From: Marsupella aquatica
Taxonomy: Eukaryota > Plantae > Marchantiophyta
Reading direction: 5' to 3'
DNA: 64,000 nucleotides
Assembly: GCA_973895155.1 (NCBI GenBank)
Contig: OZ316897.1
Location: 5,349,976 to 5,413,975 of the forward strand
This document shows positions 24,101-36,690 of this stretch, one piece after another. A model generated the notes under the pieces. The model had not been told where the DNA came from. It did no database searches and worked only from the letters and a program-made list of their open reading frames with translations. Positions within the stretch are counted from its first letter, which is position 1. The number at the start of each line of letters is the position of its first letter. Position numbers and translations under genes: made by a program.

Positions 24101-24951
24101 AAGGATTTCATCGTCAACCGCTGCCATTTCTTGAGGCACAGTGATGGTCCCCGTGGCAACCCTATTGGTTCAATCTGAACCGATGTATAGTTCGACCAAC
24201 TCTGACATCCAATTTGACCGTTGGAAATAGTCACAATTAGTTTTAGAAATTTCAGCTGAGGGAGACTCCGCAACAAAACCCCGCTCTATGTTGATATCAT
24301 TGCCCGCATCCTTCTTTAAGATCTTTCTACTTTGGACATCTGCCACATCCCAGAGAACCCATGAGTCTTTTGCCTCGTCAATTGTTTCAGCCCCGCTGTG
24401 TTTGTAAGGTAAAACCCTACTCTCATGAATGACATCAATGACCCTCACACTGATCCGTGATTCACCAAGTAAAATGTTGTGACATCTTTTTATTGGATTT
24501 GTATTGAAAACAACTCCAAGGGCTACACAACACCCAAAGATGAACATTTCAACCTCATCCCCTTGCCTCAGAGTGGTTGATGAGTCCTCCTCTACAATTG
24601 GATTTTTTTCCAAATTACTCTCCGGTCGATTTGAACAACTACCTACACTAATGCATTTTTGAGAATTTGTTATTGTTGATAGATATGTGCAAGACAAATC
24701 CCAAATAACGCAAGAATCAATGGCATCAAAAAGGTTTTTTGCCCGAGGCATTGGAAATGGTAGTTTTGTGGTTCGGTCAAAAACTTTCTCAATGAGAACG
24801 CCCATTCGATTCTCTCTCAACAATATCTTTTGAACACTATCTTGCGGGTTGATTTTTTGAACTGTCCTGCTTGCAACATTGTAACCACCAATTGTCAATA
24901 TCACATTGTCGCCTCTCAAAAATATTCCCGTCATTCCTACAACGTGTTCAC
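21186..24951 (-). pseudogene. DDD/E transposase, GHTHED family (Sola-like assignment tentative), frameshifted
   Basis: CCKHKCC, VCRHAF..IHG, HGNTG, FAKCTIC, QHLREQ, LCIIHNKMNQAK, LTLQMDNLAKDNKN, SFLMVGHTHEDVDALFS; N-terminal repeats ending in (V/C)(I/L)WD. Confidence 0.75.
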
Positions 24952-25119
24952 CTGCACAATTTGAAATGTAAGGTATTAGTTAACAATGGTCCCAACTAGG
25001 AAGCAGATAGGTGTGAACCCTATCCAAGGATAGTGCACAAATAGGGATCATCCCCATCAAGCAAAATAATAGGTCCCTAAACAATCCTTATCTAGCCCTA
25101 AGATCCTTGATCCCTATTT

Positions 25120-26145
25120 AGACGTTGGATAGGGATGATCCCTGTCCAGACGGCAGATAGGTTCTCACTGTCCAAACAATGGACATAGATGATCCCTGTA
25201 AAAGGCGGACAAGGATGATCCCTGTCCAAAATCCGGACAGGGATGATCCCTGTCAAAACGGTGGACACAGCTAATCCCTGTCCAAATAGCGGATAGGGTC
25301 TATCACTGTCCAAACAATAGACATGGATGATTCAAGGTTTGGATCACTTAGGATCACTCAGCGGTCCTATCTGAAAGTAAAACCTTAGTTTCATATTGGG
25401 GTCCCATAAACAAATATCTCAAACGGTGGATAGGGATCATCCCTATCCAAATGGCGGACAGGGATCATCTCTATCCAAATGGTGGACATGGATCATCTCT
25501 ATCCAAAAGCCGGACAGGGATCATCCCCATCCAAACGGTGGACAAAGATCATCCCTATCCAAAATCCGGACAGGGATCATCCCCATCCAAACGGTGGACA
25601 GGGATCATCCCTATCCAAAATCCGGACAGGGATCATCCCCATCCAAACAGTGGACAGGGATCATCCCTATCCAAAATCCGGACAGGGATCATCCCCATCC
25701 AAACGGTGGACAGGGATCATCCCTATCCAAAATCCGGACATGGATCATCCCCATCCAAAATCCAGACAGGGATCATCCCCATCCAAACGGTGGACAGGGA
25801 TCATCCCTATCCAAAATCCGGACAGGGATCATCCCCATCCAAACGGTGGACAGAGATCATCCCTATCCAAATGGTGGACAGGGATCATCCCCATCCAAAC
25901 GGTGGACAGACATCATTCTTATCCAAAAGCTGGACAGGGATCATCCCCATCCAAATGGTGGACAGGGATCATCTCTATCCAAACGGTGGACAAACATCAT
26001 TCTTATCCAAAAGCTGGACAGGGATCATCCCCATCCAAACGGTGGACAGGGATCATCTCTATCCAAACGGTGGACAGACATCATTCTTATCCAAGCAGCA
26101 CATAGGGATGATCCCTATCAAAATAGCTAACAGGGATGACCCTAT
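25120..26145. repeat. 28-bp tandem array of a palindromic unit (ATCCAAACGGTGGACAGGGATCATCCC(C/T)) plus a shorter inverted block
   Basis: About 24 units at ~25421-26095; oppositely oriented GGATGATCCCTGTCC copies at ~25125-25330. Confidence 0.95.
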
Positions 26146-27217
26146 TACAGACAATCAACCTCTACACACTAATTTAATGTTTGATCAAAGAAAGGTTTGA
26201 TTGAGATGATCCCAATTGTGAGTTGGGCTGGATTAGGGTCTAAACCCTAAACCCCAACCTTAAGTAACTTAGATATACAATTCCTAAATTTGATACCAAT
26301 AGAATATTCTATAATTAATTTGAAAGTTACCTGTAATGGAAATGATTCTTGAACACAAAACTCACTTAGTTTATGTTGTCAAACCAAGTAATAAAATACT
26401 TTGTTGAAGGGGTAGTTCTAAGTAAGCTGGTAAACTAAATGCTTCAGAGGTGTGGAAGAAATTAAAACTAGATGTTCTGTCTAGAAAACAAGAGTGGCTC
26501 AATGGGGCTCCATAATGAATGGACCTGGTTGAGAGACTAAATGAAAATCTAGAAATGAAAATACCAAATGAGGACCAGCCAGAGCAGCCCAAGTATCTTA
26601 TACCATTTGTTCAAGATCACTCTTACGGATAAGGCGATGCGTGATCAGCCTTAAGCAGCGGCGGAGTTTAGGGTCGAGTGGATTAGGTCACCCACGCCAC
26701 ACAACCAAGTCGGGCGGCACAATTTATGCAGCCTTGGGTTTAGGGTTTGCCTTGCACGGCTGTCTTGCCCCGCCTCGCAGCTCGGCCTCCCACGTGTTGA
26801 GTCGGCCTTGCCTCGCCTTGGTGGGGGGGGGTAAAGGAGGCAAGAGGTCCCCCTTGGGCCTCATTCTTCTTCCCTCCTCCTCTTCTCCGCTCTTGCGCTC
26901 CTCCGCTCCTCCGCCTCATTTGCTTTCAGTCTCCCTAGGCCCCACTCCACCTCCGCCTTCACACTAGAGTTTTTGCCCTAGCCGCCACGTTAATTGCCCT
27001 AGATCTAACGCTCTGTGATCTCCACGTGTCCATACGGCCACGTGTCACAAGATGGATCCATCTAGACCTATTCATGTGTCTTTGGTCGTTGAGCCAACAG
27101 AGGAGATAGACCTCTCCTCCATTGAGGATGTGGTAGACACGGCCCTCAAGGATTCCAGAGCCTTCCAATTGCTCAATCCAAGTGAGTATCTTGGTAACAC
27201 GTTGAATATTTGTGCAG

Positions 27218-27736
27218 TGGACAGAGATCATCTCTGTCCAATTGGACAGAAATGATCCCTGTCCAAGTAGAGTCCAAGTAGAAGATAGTGATCATTATTA
27301 CAAAATTGGACAGAGATGATCCCTGTCCAAGTAGAGTCCAAGTAGAAGATAGTGATCTTTATTTCCAATTGGATAGGGATCATCTATTTCCAAAATGACG
27401 ATAGAGGATGTCCAACCAGAGGATCAAAACTATTCTATCAGATGATGCTGAGGATCTTTATTTGGAATTGGATAGAGATGATCCCTGTCCAATTCCTAAT
27501 AAAGATTGACAGTATCCTCTGATCAAACAAAGATGATCTTTATTAGGAATTGGACAGAGATCATCTCTATCCAGTAGAGGATAGAGATGATCCTTGTCCA
27601 ATTCCTAATAAAGATTGTCAGTATCCTTTGATCGAACAAAGATTATCTTTGTTAGGAATTGGACAGAGATCATCCCTATCCAAGTAGAGGATAGAGATGA
27701 TCCCTATCCAATTGGACAGGGATCATCTCTGTCCAA
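27218..27736. repeat. Intronic cluster of TTGGACAGAGATCATCTCTGTCCAA-type palindromes
   Basis: About ten copies with local duplications, inside predicted intron 27182-27813. Confidence 0.9.
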
Positions 27737-29378
27737 ACTGTGAGAGAACCTCATCTTTGTCGATTACAAATTAAGATTTTCCAAACTAATATGCATGGAT
27801 GGGACTATTGCAGGGAGCGATCTAAATGGATTGAAACCAGCAATTTCAGAATCAGATTGCTCCGAGGGAGTCTTGTTGGAGCAGAGCAAACCAGATTTTT
27901 GTTGGGGCCTTGAGTTCTCTAGAGTTGATTTTGATTTCCTTAGCACGTCAAAGAGACGGGATCCCATTTTGTGCATAAAGGTCAGAACAGAAGATCAAGA
28001 GACTCTTGTACTCGGACCTGTAGTCTTCATTGGAATTGAAGGAAGAGGGTTTGTTTCCATCATTCTTGAGCTCCATGAAAGGATATGATGGGTTAAGCTA
28101 CATCTACCATCAAAGGCGTATTCTTTAGAGTTCAATGTTGAGTGGTCTGTTGCTGGAGAACTTGGCGTGATGGCAATGGGCTTTTTCCCTAAGTCGTATT
28201 CAACTCAAAAGGTGATTGCTGGAGTGAAGGGGATTCTTCCACTTGACATCATGTATGGGTTTCAATATGTGAAGCTGAATATCCATAAACACCAAGGGAA
28301 TTATACATTTATGGTGACATGGATTTTAAATAATTTTCCGACAAGGCAGGATTCCTATCTTCGGAATTAGGATATCGCAAAAAGTGGGTAGAATCATTAC
28401 CCAAGCCTACAAATGTTGCACCAGTAGCGGTGAACGAGCTTCCAATAGTTGTTAACAAAGAAGTTCCCAAAGAAGTTCCCAAACCTAGAAAAATATCTCA
28501 AGAGACAACAACGACTGCAGGAACAACGGCTGGGACAAGCACCAAACAAGTGGTAGGGAAGCGAAGACTAAGAGAGAGGAAGGGTCGCGAGAAAATTGAG
28601 ACATTGTCAAAGGAACCCGAGAAGAAGCCAGTAGCGAAGAAACAGAAAACTGACAAGTCTCTTTTGCGGTCAACCCCTACGGACGTACAGGTGCTCCCAA
28701 AAGATGAGGGAGATAAACTTGATGCCCCTGAGGAGAAGAGGTCTTAGAAGGAAATGATGTTCTCCAGAGAATAGAGTAGTACTATACTTTTGGGATAAAT
28801 GAACTGTTTTCTATTCCAGTGGAGAAAATTGTGCCTGCACCTGCAAGATTATGTTACAGGATGCTCAGTAGTACCCATGTGAAGCACATAGCCGAATCCA
28901 TGGTCAAAAACCTTGGACATGAACCTCACGTCGTGGACCTGCTTCCTTATAGTGCAAAGCTTAGAAAGTTGCTCCATTTTGACAGCACGGAGAACGACCG
29001 CAAAGACTTTCTTGCAGGAGTTAAGAAAGGCGAGATTGGTTTCTTTGCCATCAGTTGACAACATTCGGCTAGGGCGGCCAAGTGGGTTCTTCAATGGGCC
29101 AAAACTGATGCCAAGCTCACAGTGTTGGCAAAAAAGTTAAAATACAGGAAGTCTAGATTATTGTTAGACCTTACACCATCGGCTATATTGGTTGAGCACT
29201 CAATGAGATCAAATGCCATCAATTCGACGATGGTGTTTCAATCGTGCTTCAAAGATACAATTGTTCATGCAAGGAAATAATTCCTTGAATGCGGAGGACC
29301 AAGAAAGCCAAAGCACGGGGATAACAAGTCAAACGCCCAAGAGAATCAAAAATTTCAGGTGAGAAACATTTTTCTTGT

Positions 29379-29715
29379 TTGGACAGAGATGGTCTCTGTC
29401 CAAGAGTGTGACCGTCCGTTACATTGATTTTAGTTCAATATATCTCTGGTTATGACTTGGATGGAGATGGTCTCTGTCCAAGAGTGTGATCGTCCATTCT
29501 AGAGATTTCTCTTCCTTCTACTTTTGGTTATGACTTGGATGGAGATGATCTCTGTCCAAAAGTGTGATCGTCCATTCCAGAGATTTCTCTTCCTTTTACT
29601 TTTGGTTATGACTTGGATGAAAATGATCTTTGTCCAAGAGTGTGATCGTCCATTCCAAAGATTTCTCTTTCTTTTACTTTTGGTTATGACTTGGATGGAG
29701 ATGGTCTTTGTCCAA
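29379..29715. repeat. 78-bp tandem repeat, each unit carrying the same palindrome
   Basis: GACTTGG at 29454, 29532, 29610, 29688; five palindrome copies starting at 29379; lies after the splice donor at 29359. Confidence 0.9.
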
Positions 29716-30929
29716 CAAGCAAGTGATAGTTTGTTGTCAAATCTCATTGAAGACAGTGGATCCGGAGTCGTTGGAAGAACAATCTCCAACATGCCCTCTT
29801 GCAATTGTTGATTTCAGCCGACTTCAACAGAAGGAGTGGACCGAAGCAGAGATTTTGGTACTCTTCCAATACATAGTAGAGCTACCAGGGAATGCCACCA
29901 TTGTTGTGATGATAATTGTCCATCCGGGTTACCTTGTACTGAATGTCCTAAGCGCTCTTCGTAAATTAGGACATTCAAAAACTCTCACTATTCACGTTGA
30001 GTATGGGAGTTATTACCGAGATGATCAACCTCACCCTCACGACTCATGTTGGAAGGGAGGAATAGAAGAAGTTATCTTTGCGGGAATTTCTCGCGAAGAG
30101 AACGTCAGCTGGGATGAAGTGTTCAAGCCCAACCAGATGAAGCCAAAATGGGTGTACGGTGAAAAGGATACTGATGTCGTGGTTGAGAAGGTCAAGGGAA
30201 AGGGAAAGGCAAAGGATGCAGACGAGGAGTCATTACATGTAGATCTAAGAAATATGATGACCCCAGAAGAGGCGGCAATACTTCTGCACATGGCACCTCG
30301 ATTTGAGACGGTCGGCGCTCAAGGTGGGTGGGTGAATCCTCACGCCAAACCCACACGGATGATCCAAAAGAGCATCCAAACACTGTCCGAGCCGGGGGAT
30401 TTGATTCTTGACTTTTTCTCTGGCGGTCAAGTGATGAAGGCATCCCTTTTTTCTCAACTTGAATGTTTTGTTTATTGTGACTCTCAACATGAGAGACATT
30501 TTGTGGAAGCATATGCTTCGTTCCTTTGTGAGAAGGTTCCCACCATCAAAGATTGTTATGATCGCTATGTCGGTGGAAGTTCTAGACATTGGGAACCCTC
30601 TTCTGCCGCTGTTGCTATTGACGATGAATCAGATGGTGATCAAGAAGATGGAGCTGACCAATCAGTCAAGACGATGGGCCATCGGAGGGGGCATAAGTGA
30701 AGAATTTGGATGACCGAGTTGGCGAGGGTGAAAATATTGACCTTGTGGAAGACGATATGATTGTTGGATCTGCACCTTGCAGTTCACCAATTACAGATGT
30801 TGCCCCCATGGGCCCCAACGAGCACTAGAAGAAACCCACCCATTCTGAGACCCTCCCCTACATGACTTGTGTGAGACCTTCTTCAATAAGCGACTCCAAG
30901 GTTGTTGGTGTCATATTAGTCACACCTTG

Positions 30930-33900
30930 TTGACCGAGTTTTGTTCAAGTTTTGGGTAGTCATGTTTACAACTATTTGGGAAGTTGCAAATATAACACAC
31001 TTAAGGCAATTAAGTTATAGTTATACAAGTGACTCTACATTAGAGCTATTGGACGTGCCAACAGGTGTGGTTTTCACCAATTTCAGCATCACATATATAT
31101 GCAAGCTAGCTAGCTAGGGCATGCGTGCAAGTTATTTAGGCTTATTTCCATGCCCTATAATTGGGCATGTTTTCCCCCTCCACACATTGTTCCATCGAGG
31201 TACCTTTAAAGGTATCAAATAACCAAGGTTGAATTGAATGTATTCCTTCCCGCCAACCACCATATATATTGAGGCAACTCCAAGCCTGAGACATTGGAGT
31301 TTCTAGTCTGGCCTTTGAGTGACTTGCGGTGAGCTTCTACTGTGGCTTTTGAGGTTGACTGATCGAGCTGCATTGACTGAGCTGAACTGAACTACTACAT
31401 TCAGTTAATACTCACTGATCAACCTACTGAGTTGCGGTTGGGAGTTGGAGGTTGTGTTGCGCTCATCTTTGGAGGCGGGAGGTGAAATGCCATAGCTCTA
31501 TTCAGCTAATGCAAACGTTGTTGCTTAGGAGACGAGGTAAAATCTACAACCTTGAAGATGTTGTGAGGCTCATTGAAGAGGGAGGTGGAATGCCTAGCGC
31601 TGTCGGGTGAGGAAGCAAAGTATGGCAATGCTGCCACTTAGGGGATGACTATTATTGGACCCAGATTTTGGTTTTTGGTTGCGCTTTTGGAAGCAGAGGT
31701 CGGACCTTCCTGTTGCCTGAAGTGTAGACACTCCTAGCCTTGCCGTCCCAAACTGTGAAAGGCTTCTCCCTGTTCTGTCCTCCTGCTTTCACTATTTGTA
31801 TTCAGGTCTTTTGATCAGTTTCAGAGGGGAGGTCATTGTTTTCGCAAGCTCTTGGTGAGCTAATCAACCACGGTGTGTAGGTTTAGGGAGTTGCGCTTGG
31901 GAGCTGACGACTTGGAGTTGAGGCATCAATCTTTTAGGGAGCTTGGAGTGGAAGCCGTGCCATCTTGGAGCGAGACTTCCAGTTGCTGTGGACTAGCTCA
32001 AAATAGGGTATGTAAGAAACTCATCATTTTTTTTGCTTTTTGTACAAGGATAGTAAGAAATACATTTTAGCATTAGTAAAGTACTTAGGGTTTGCAACCC
32101 TAAGTCACTAAGGAAGGATAGTAGGGAATCATGGAAGGGAAAAATATGTTGTTCTAAGAAGACGTAAAGGGATAAGTGAGGTCTTTATGGTATGGCAGCA
32201 AATATTCTTTCCTTAGTTAGGATAGGCGACTAAGTCGACACCGGAAAATGACCCAACACCTGACATCTCATTTTTGGCTAATATTTCTCCCATGGGTGCG
32301 GGGAGGTCCCTAGGGAACCCTGAAAAATTATGAAGTGAAGTAGGGTCTCAACCTAGGAATTGTGAGTATTTTGGTTGAACTTAAAATAACCATCTAGCGG
32401 GTCCCGAAGAAATTAGCCAAGGGGTAGATATTTTTGGTTCGAGGTTAAAATTGGGTATAGTATAGCCCATAATATCCCTTGAAAGTCTAAGAAGTAGTTT
32501 ATCAACTTTGGTTAGTTTTTGGGAGCACCTCAAAGATTGGGAAAAGTAATGCAACCTATAGATATGGGCAAACTTAGGTATTTTTAGAAAAGTCAGTGCG
32601 GGGTATTTAGTGCATTTGATAAATTCAGGAGGGAGTCCTATGTCCAAGGATCCCATAACTATGCTCAGAAGTTCTTTTAGATCTATGGGTGACTTGTTGG
32701 CATGGCTTTAAAAAGGGCTAGTACAAAGTTTTCTCCCGCGAGAGAACCAAATTTTTTCTAAGTGTGGAAACGCGACGACGCGGCTACGACGAGGCTAGCA
32801 CGAGGCAGGAAGGAGTCTAAGCACGAGGGCGGCTGCGAGTTGAGTGATTAGACTATGAAATCATATGGTGGAAAATCTATGGTGGGCTATTGTTGCTCCA
32901 GCACGAGATCGGCTAACTTAGGCAATGTGAAATTGATGCAGCAGCTGTCTAGTAAACGTGATCTCTGCCTGGATGTTGACAAATTGAGAAAGGGCAGGCA
33001 CTACATAGGCTATAGAGCTTGCTACCAAGGAAAACGTGGATGCTGCTGGCTGATTCACTCTACTGGCTGATTCAATGTGCTGGCTGGTTCAATCTGCGGG
33101 TAGGTAAGCTTGTGCTGAGTAAATTCAAAAGAGAATGGCTGGCAATTGAGAATCCATGTGCTGAGAATTGACCAGCTGCTGCAATTTACAGCAATTGTGA
33201 GCTATGGCTACTCCTGAGAAAATCAATCACAATCCAGCCCAACAATTAGAAGAGACTCAGTCATAAATCAGAGGAGAAACTACTGCAAAAATCAGTCAAG
33301 CAATTAGTCAAGGAATCATCCTCAAATCAGCTGCACAATCAGGCACGATGCTAAGCTCTATAGCTTCTGGAAAGACTGGACCTTATGAGGAACTCTCTCA
33401 GGTCGACACCTGGTATACACATAAGTGTAAACCGGGACCTATGGCAGTGTAATTCGGAGCCCTTTTGCACATAAGGGATTGAGAGAGGGAAAATGCCATA
33501 ACTTGAGCTAGGGGCATCCGTTGGGGCCCATATTTTTTGTGCCGATTCAAGGAAGGTAAAGCATCGTTGAGTGAAGGCAGAAACCCAGGAAAAGAAATAC
33601 CCAGAGATATTTTAAACCGTCGCCATGGGGGGTCCCGCTAGCTTGCAAACGGGAGCTGCCAAGGGAGAATGAATACCAGATGTAGGGCCAAACACTTTGG
33701 GTACCCATACCACTTTAGTAAGGCTCTAGGGAAGGGTACTTACCTTTGGTTGAAGGTGCAAGGCCATCAAGTTAATAGAAGTGAGTATAGAGGGTAGTTT
33801 GCTTAGGGTAGTATAAGGGGTACAAGTCAAATAAGGCCAACTTTGACTAGGCATAACTTTGGACTCAAGTACTCTTTTTGTGAGCTTTCAAGTGCGTTGG

Positions 33901-35050
33901 AAAGCTGATGAAGAGGACCATAAGTGGGAGCAGGTTTGGAGGTCAAAGCATGCAACTCATGTGTGGCATATTCCAGGGCTTGGAAGGAGTCAAGCAATAG
34001 GTTGTAGAGTGAGCTATGAACTATAGTTTGGACTTGGTGTGTTAGGAGGACTTGGGGGAGGTATAGTTGGACCCCAGGTCAAGCTTGGTGTGGTGTGAAA
34101 GGAGAATAGTATATAAGGTGGAAGATTTCATTTGTTGAGGACCAGAAGTCTCATTCTTAAGTGTAAGCTCTACCTTGCAAGTTGGGGCTAAGATTGAGAA
34201 GGGGAAGGAGGTCCATGCATAGTGTGGAGAGTGTGTAGTGACCTTTTATGTACGGATTGAGTATACAATAAAATGATTCTTCCAATCTTCATTGTGACCA
34301 CTAAGTGTGATTAAATGTGAAGTGTTTGAGAGCAAAAGAAGAGTCCATGCTAGGATGCAATCTTGGTCTAATCGTGAAGGGGATGTGCTGGTACACAACC
34401 AAGGCCAAGGAGGCAAGGTTAAGGTGGAGCACTACTTTGGGGTTTAGAGAGGATTGTATCTTGAGGGTGGAAAGTACCTTGCTTTGTGTGAGAACCAAGA
34501 GGAAGAGTTCTTTGCAAGAAGAGTTTTTCTAGAGCTCAAGGGGGTGTGTGGACCCAAACCAAGGCCAGGGGGGGCAAGGTTAAGGGGTAACACTACCTTG
34601 AGGATCTTGAGGGGACTTAAGCTTGAAGAGAAAAGTACTTGGGGTTCTTGGGTGTTTGTTTTAGGATCTACTCTAAGGTGACAGCTTGGAGTGGATATCC
34701 CCCTTGCTAATCCTTGGAGTAGAGGAGAGAGAAAGAGTGGGAGTGCAAAAGTAGTCAAGGTGACTACCTCTCTAGAAGTGGAGAGTTGAAACTACTTGTG
34801 TATGGTGTACTTAGACCTTGCATGCACATTTCAGAAGTTTTGTCAATCCTTTGTGACCCTGGTATGACATGGAGCAAGTATTAGGTAGTTTTTTAGGGGA
34901 AAAGATGCTTAAGCTCCTTGACAAGTGTTTGACAGTTGCTGTTACTAGCTACATTGGACAAAGGCCTTCATTGAGCTGAAACTTGGGAGCTTAGAGTGGG
35001 CCAATGCAAGCTCTATACAAGGCAGGAGTTGTTGCACAAAGGTGAGAGTC
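30930..35050. other. Uncharacterised non-coding, probably LTR-retrotransposon-derived insert
   Basis: No credible ORF; local duplication (CCAAGGCCA.GG.GGCAAGGTTAAGG at ~34399 and ~34559); boundaries unclear. Confidence 0.3.
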
Positions 35051-36434
35051 AGTAGCTTTTTGGATTGACCATCTTTCGTCATTGTTGTGCGCTGGTCTTG
35101 TCTATCGCTACGGTGGATTGTTGCTCTGCCTTTTTGCCATGGGTTGCCAGCCTGCCACATGCTATTGGCAGTTTAAGAACTTCTATTTGTGTTGTTGAAA
35201 GAACAGGGTGGGTTCTCACTTTTCAATCCTATCAACTACTTTCCGTCTCTCAGCCTTGTTTCAATAGAGCTATATGTTCCATTAATCAAATCCAAAAATC
35301 TCCAGTATTACTTTCGTTTTGCCATGATCCTTATTCAGCACCCATCGCTCTTTGTTTGTTCCTCCCTTGTGCACTTCGATTCTCACATGAGATTTTTAAT
35401 CCTCTGGAACCTGTGACGCCTCCCACTCGTCAATCATTTCTTTTCTTCATTTATTGTCAACAATGCGTCCTTCAGCCACCTGGTGCCACCAATTCTTTTT
35501 GTCTCGAGCACTCATTCATTGAGAACCGAGATTCAGTTAAAGGTAACTCCAACTCCTCAACTTCTCATAAGGCAGGTCACTATTCTTTCCCCACTTCAGC
35601 CGTTAAACTTCATCGCTCCTCGACCTCAGTTTCCCAATATTCAATTTCCTCCTCCGTAGTGCCAACATCTAATCTCCTTTCACTGCCATCACTCATTGTT
35701 TCTTGTCATGCCCGAGTCCATCTTCCGCACATCTCTGTTTAGCCTCGAGCACAGCACATATAATTGCCTATTTTTATTTTTGTCCTCATCAACAAAAATG
35801 AAAACCCACACCGTCAATCTCTGCTGCCAATTCTGTACCCTGCCATTCCACTTCTTTGAACCCAAATGTCTCTATATTCCTCTCAACAGCAGAGTAAAAA
35901 CCCTCAATCCTGTCTCTCCCTGCTACAACATCGCGCACAGCTTTTTTCATAGATTTCTCTATCATAATTCCTTTGTTGCTACAATGCACCTTACCATTCT
36001 TCACTACTAGCCGTCCTCGAATCGTCTTCTGCTTTCGCGATGGAGGTTGAATCTTGCGGTACGTCAAGGGGAACTTGATCTTCGAATCATGGAACTGCTT
36101 GATATAGTGAGTTCAGGCATTTGGTAACTTTGAAACTCATTCGTTGAAAAGAGCTTCATCCGGTAAATCTTGGGAGTTTCATTAGTAGGGGTTGGCAGGG
36201 CGCGACCAACCACTTGATATCTCGATTGTACTCTCTCCCCTATGGAAGACTACCGGCTTGGGCTGCCAGCCTTCTCTCTATTTCAATTTGTTGTCCCTAT
36301 GGTCAAACACTACTTGGTTAGTGGGTTAGGTCTATTTTTGTCTGTTTTGCCTTCAAGTAGGACATGGTTGAATTGAGCTTGGAGGCAACAAAATGGCAAG
36401 GCCGAATCTGAATGGTTCCAAAAGTATGTGTGCT

Positions 36435-36690
36435 GCATTTTGATCTGGACAACCAATTGTAGAGTTGACTCTTTCTGAATGTTGTAGTCTGTTCTGCCTT
36501 CAACTGGGCCATCGAGTATTGCTATTGTATTCACCCCAATGAGCAATGCTTCTCCCTTCAATCAGGTGAACGTACAGTTTGGTAGGGCCAACGCCATATG
36601 ATCATGTACTTGCTCTATAAAGTTCTGAATATATAAGCATTTTTTGTTAGACCAGGCAACTTGGGAGACTTTGCTAATTGTCACCTGCAT
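36435..36690 (-). pseudogene. Ubiquitin-like domain remnant
   Basis: MQVTI... start at 36690 and EGRTDYNIQKESTLQLVV, matching ubiquitin GRTLSDYNIQKESTLHLVL. Confidence 0.65.

Larger units (their letters stand above)
27052..30700 (+). pseudogene. Second ParB/Srx-like plus beta-class N4C/N6A methyltransferase-like gene (Sola-like cargo), disrupted
   Basis: Exon 27052-27181 splices in frame to 27814. IPVEKI..P....RMLSSTHVKHIAESM...FFAIS*QHSARAAKW (ParB-like, 28810-29085). Donor site at 29359. HAKPTRMIQKSIQTLSEPGDLILDFFSGG (30341-30427). Several stops. Confidence 0.7.
20600..30822. mobile_element. Sola-like (GHTHED/DUF7869-type) DNA transposon with ParB-methyltransferase cargo; ends not resolved
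   Basis: Minus-strand transposase, divergent plus-strand cargo gene and element-specific palindromic arrays; right side cut by the CACTA end at 30823; no TIR pair found. Confidence 0.65.

Noticed and set aside
25421-26095. CRISPR-like array of palindromic repeats
   Set aside because: No unique spacers (linkers ~5 bp and recurrent), no cas genes, eukaryotic context
25396-26200. Three overlapping 200-250 aa repetitive ORFs
   Set aside because: Artefact of the stop-free 28-bp tandem repeat; the same peptide cycles through all three frames
29499-29811. Repeated-peptide ORFs on both strands
   Set aside because: 78-bp intronic tandem repeat
35065-36300. ORFs of 92-225 aa in the CACTA interior
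   Set aside because: No recognisable motifs; low-complexity or antisense-like composition with stops
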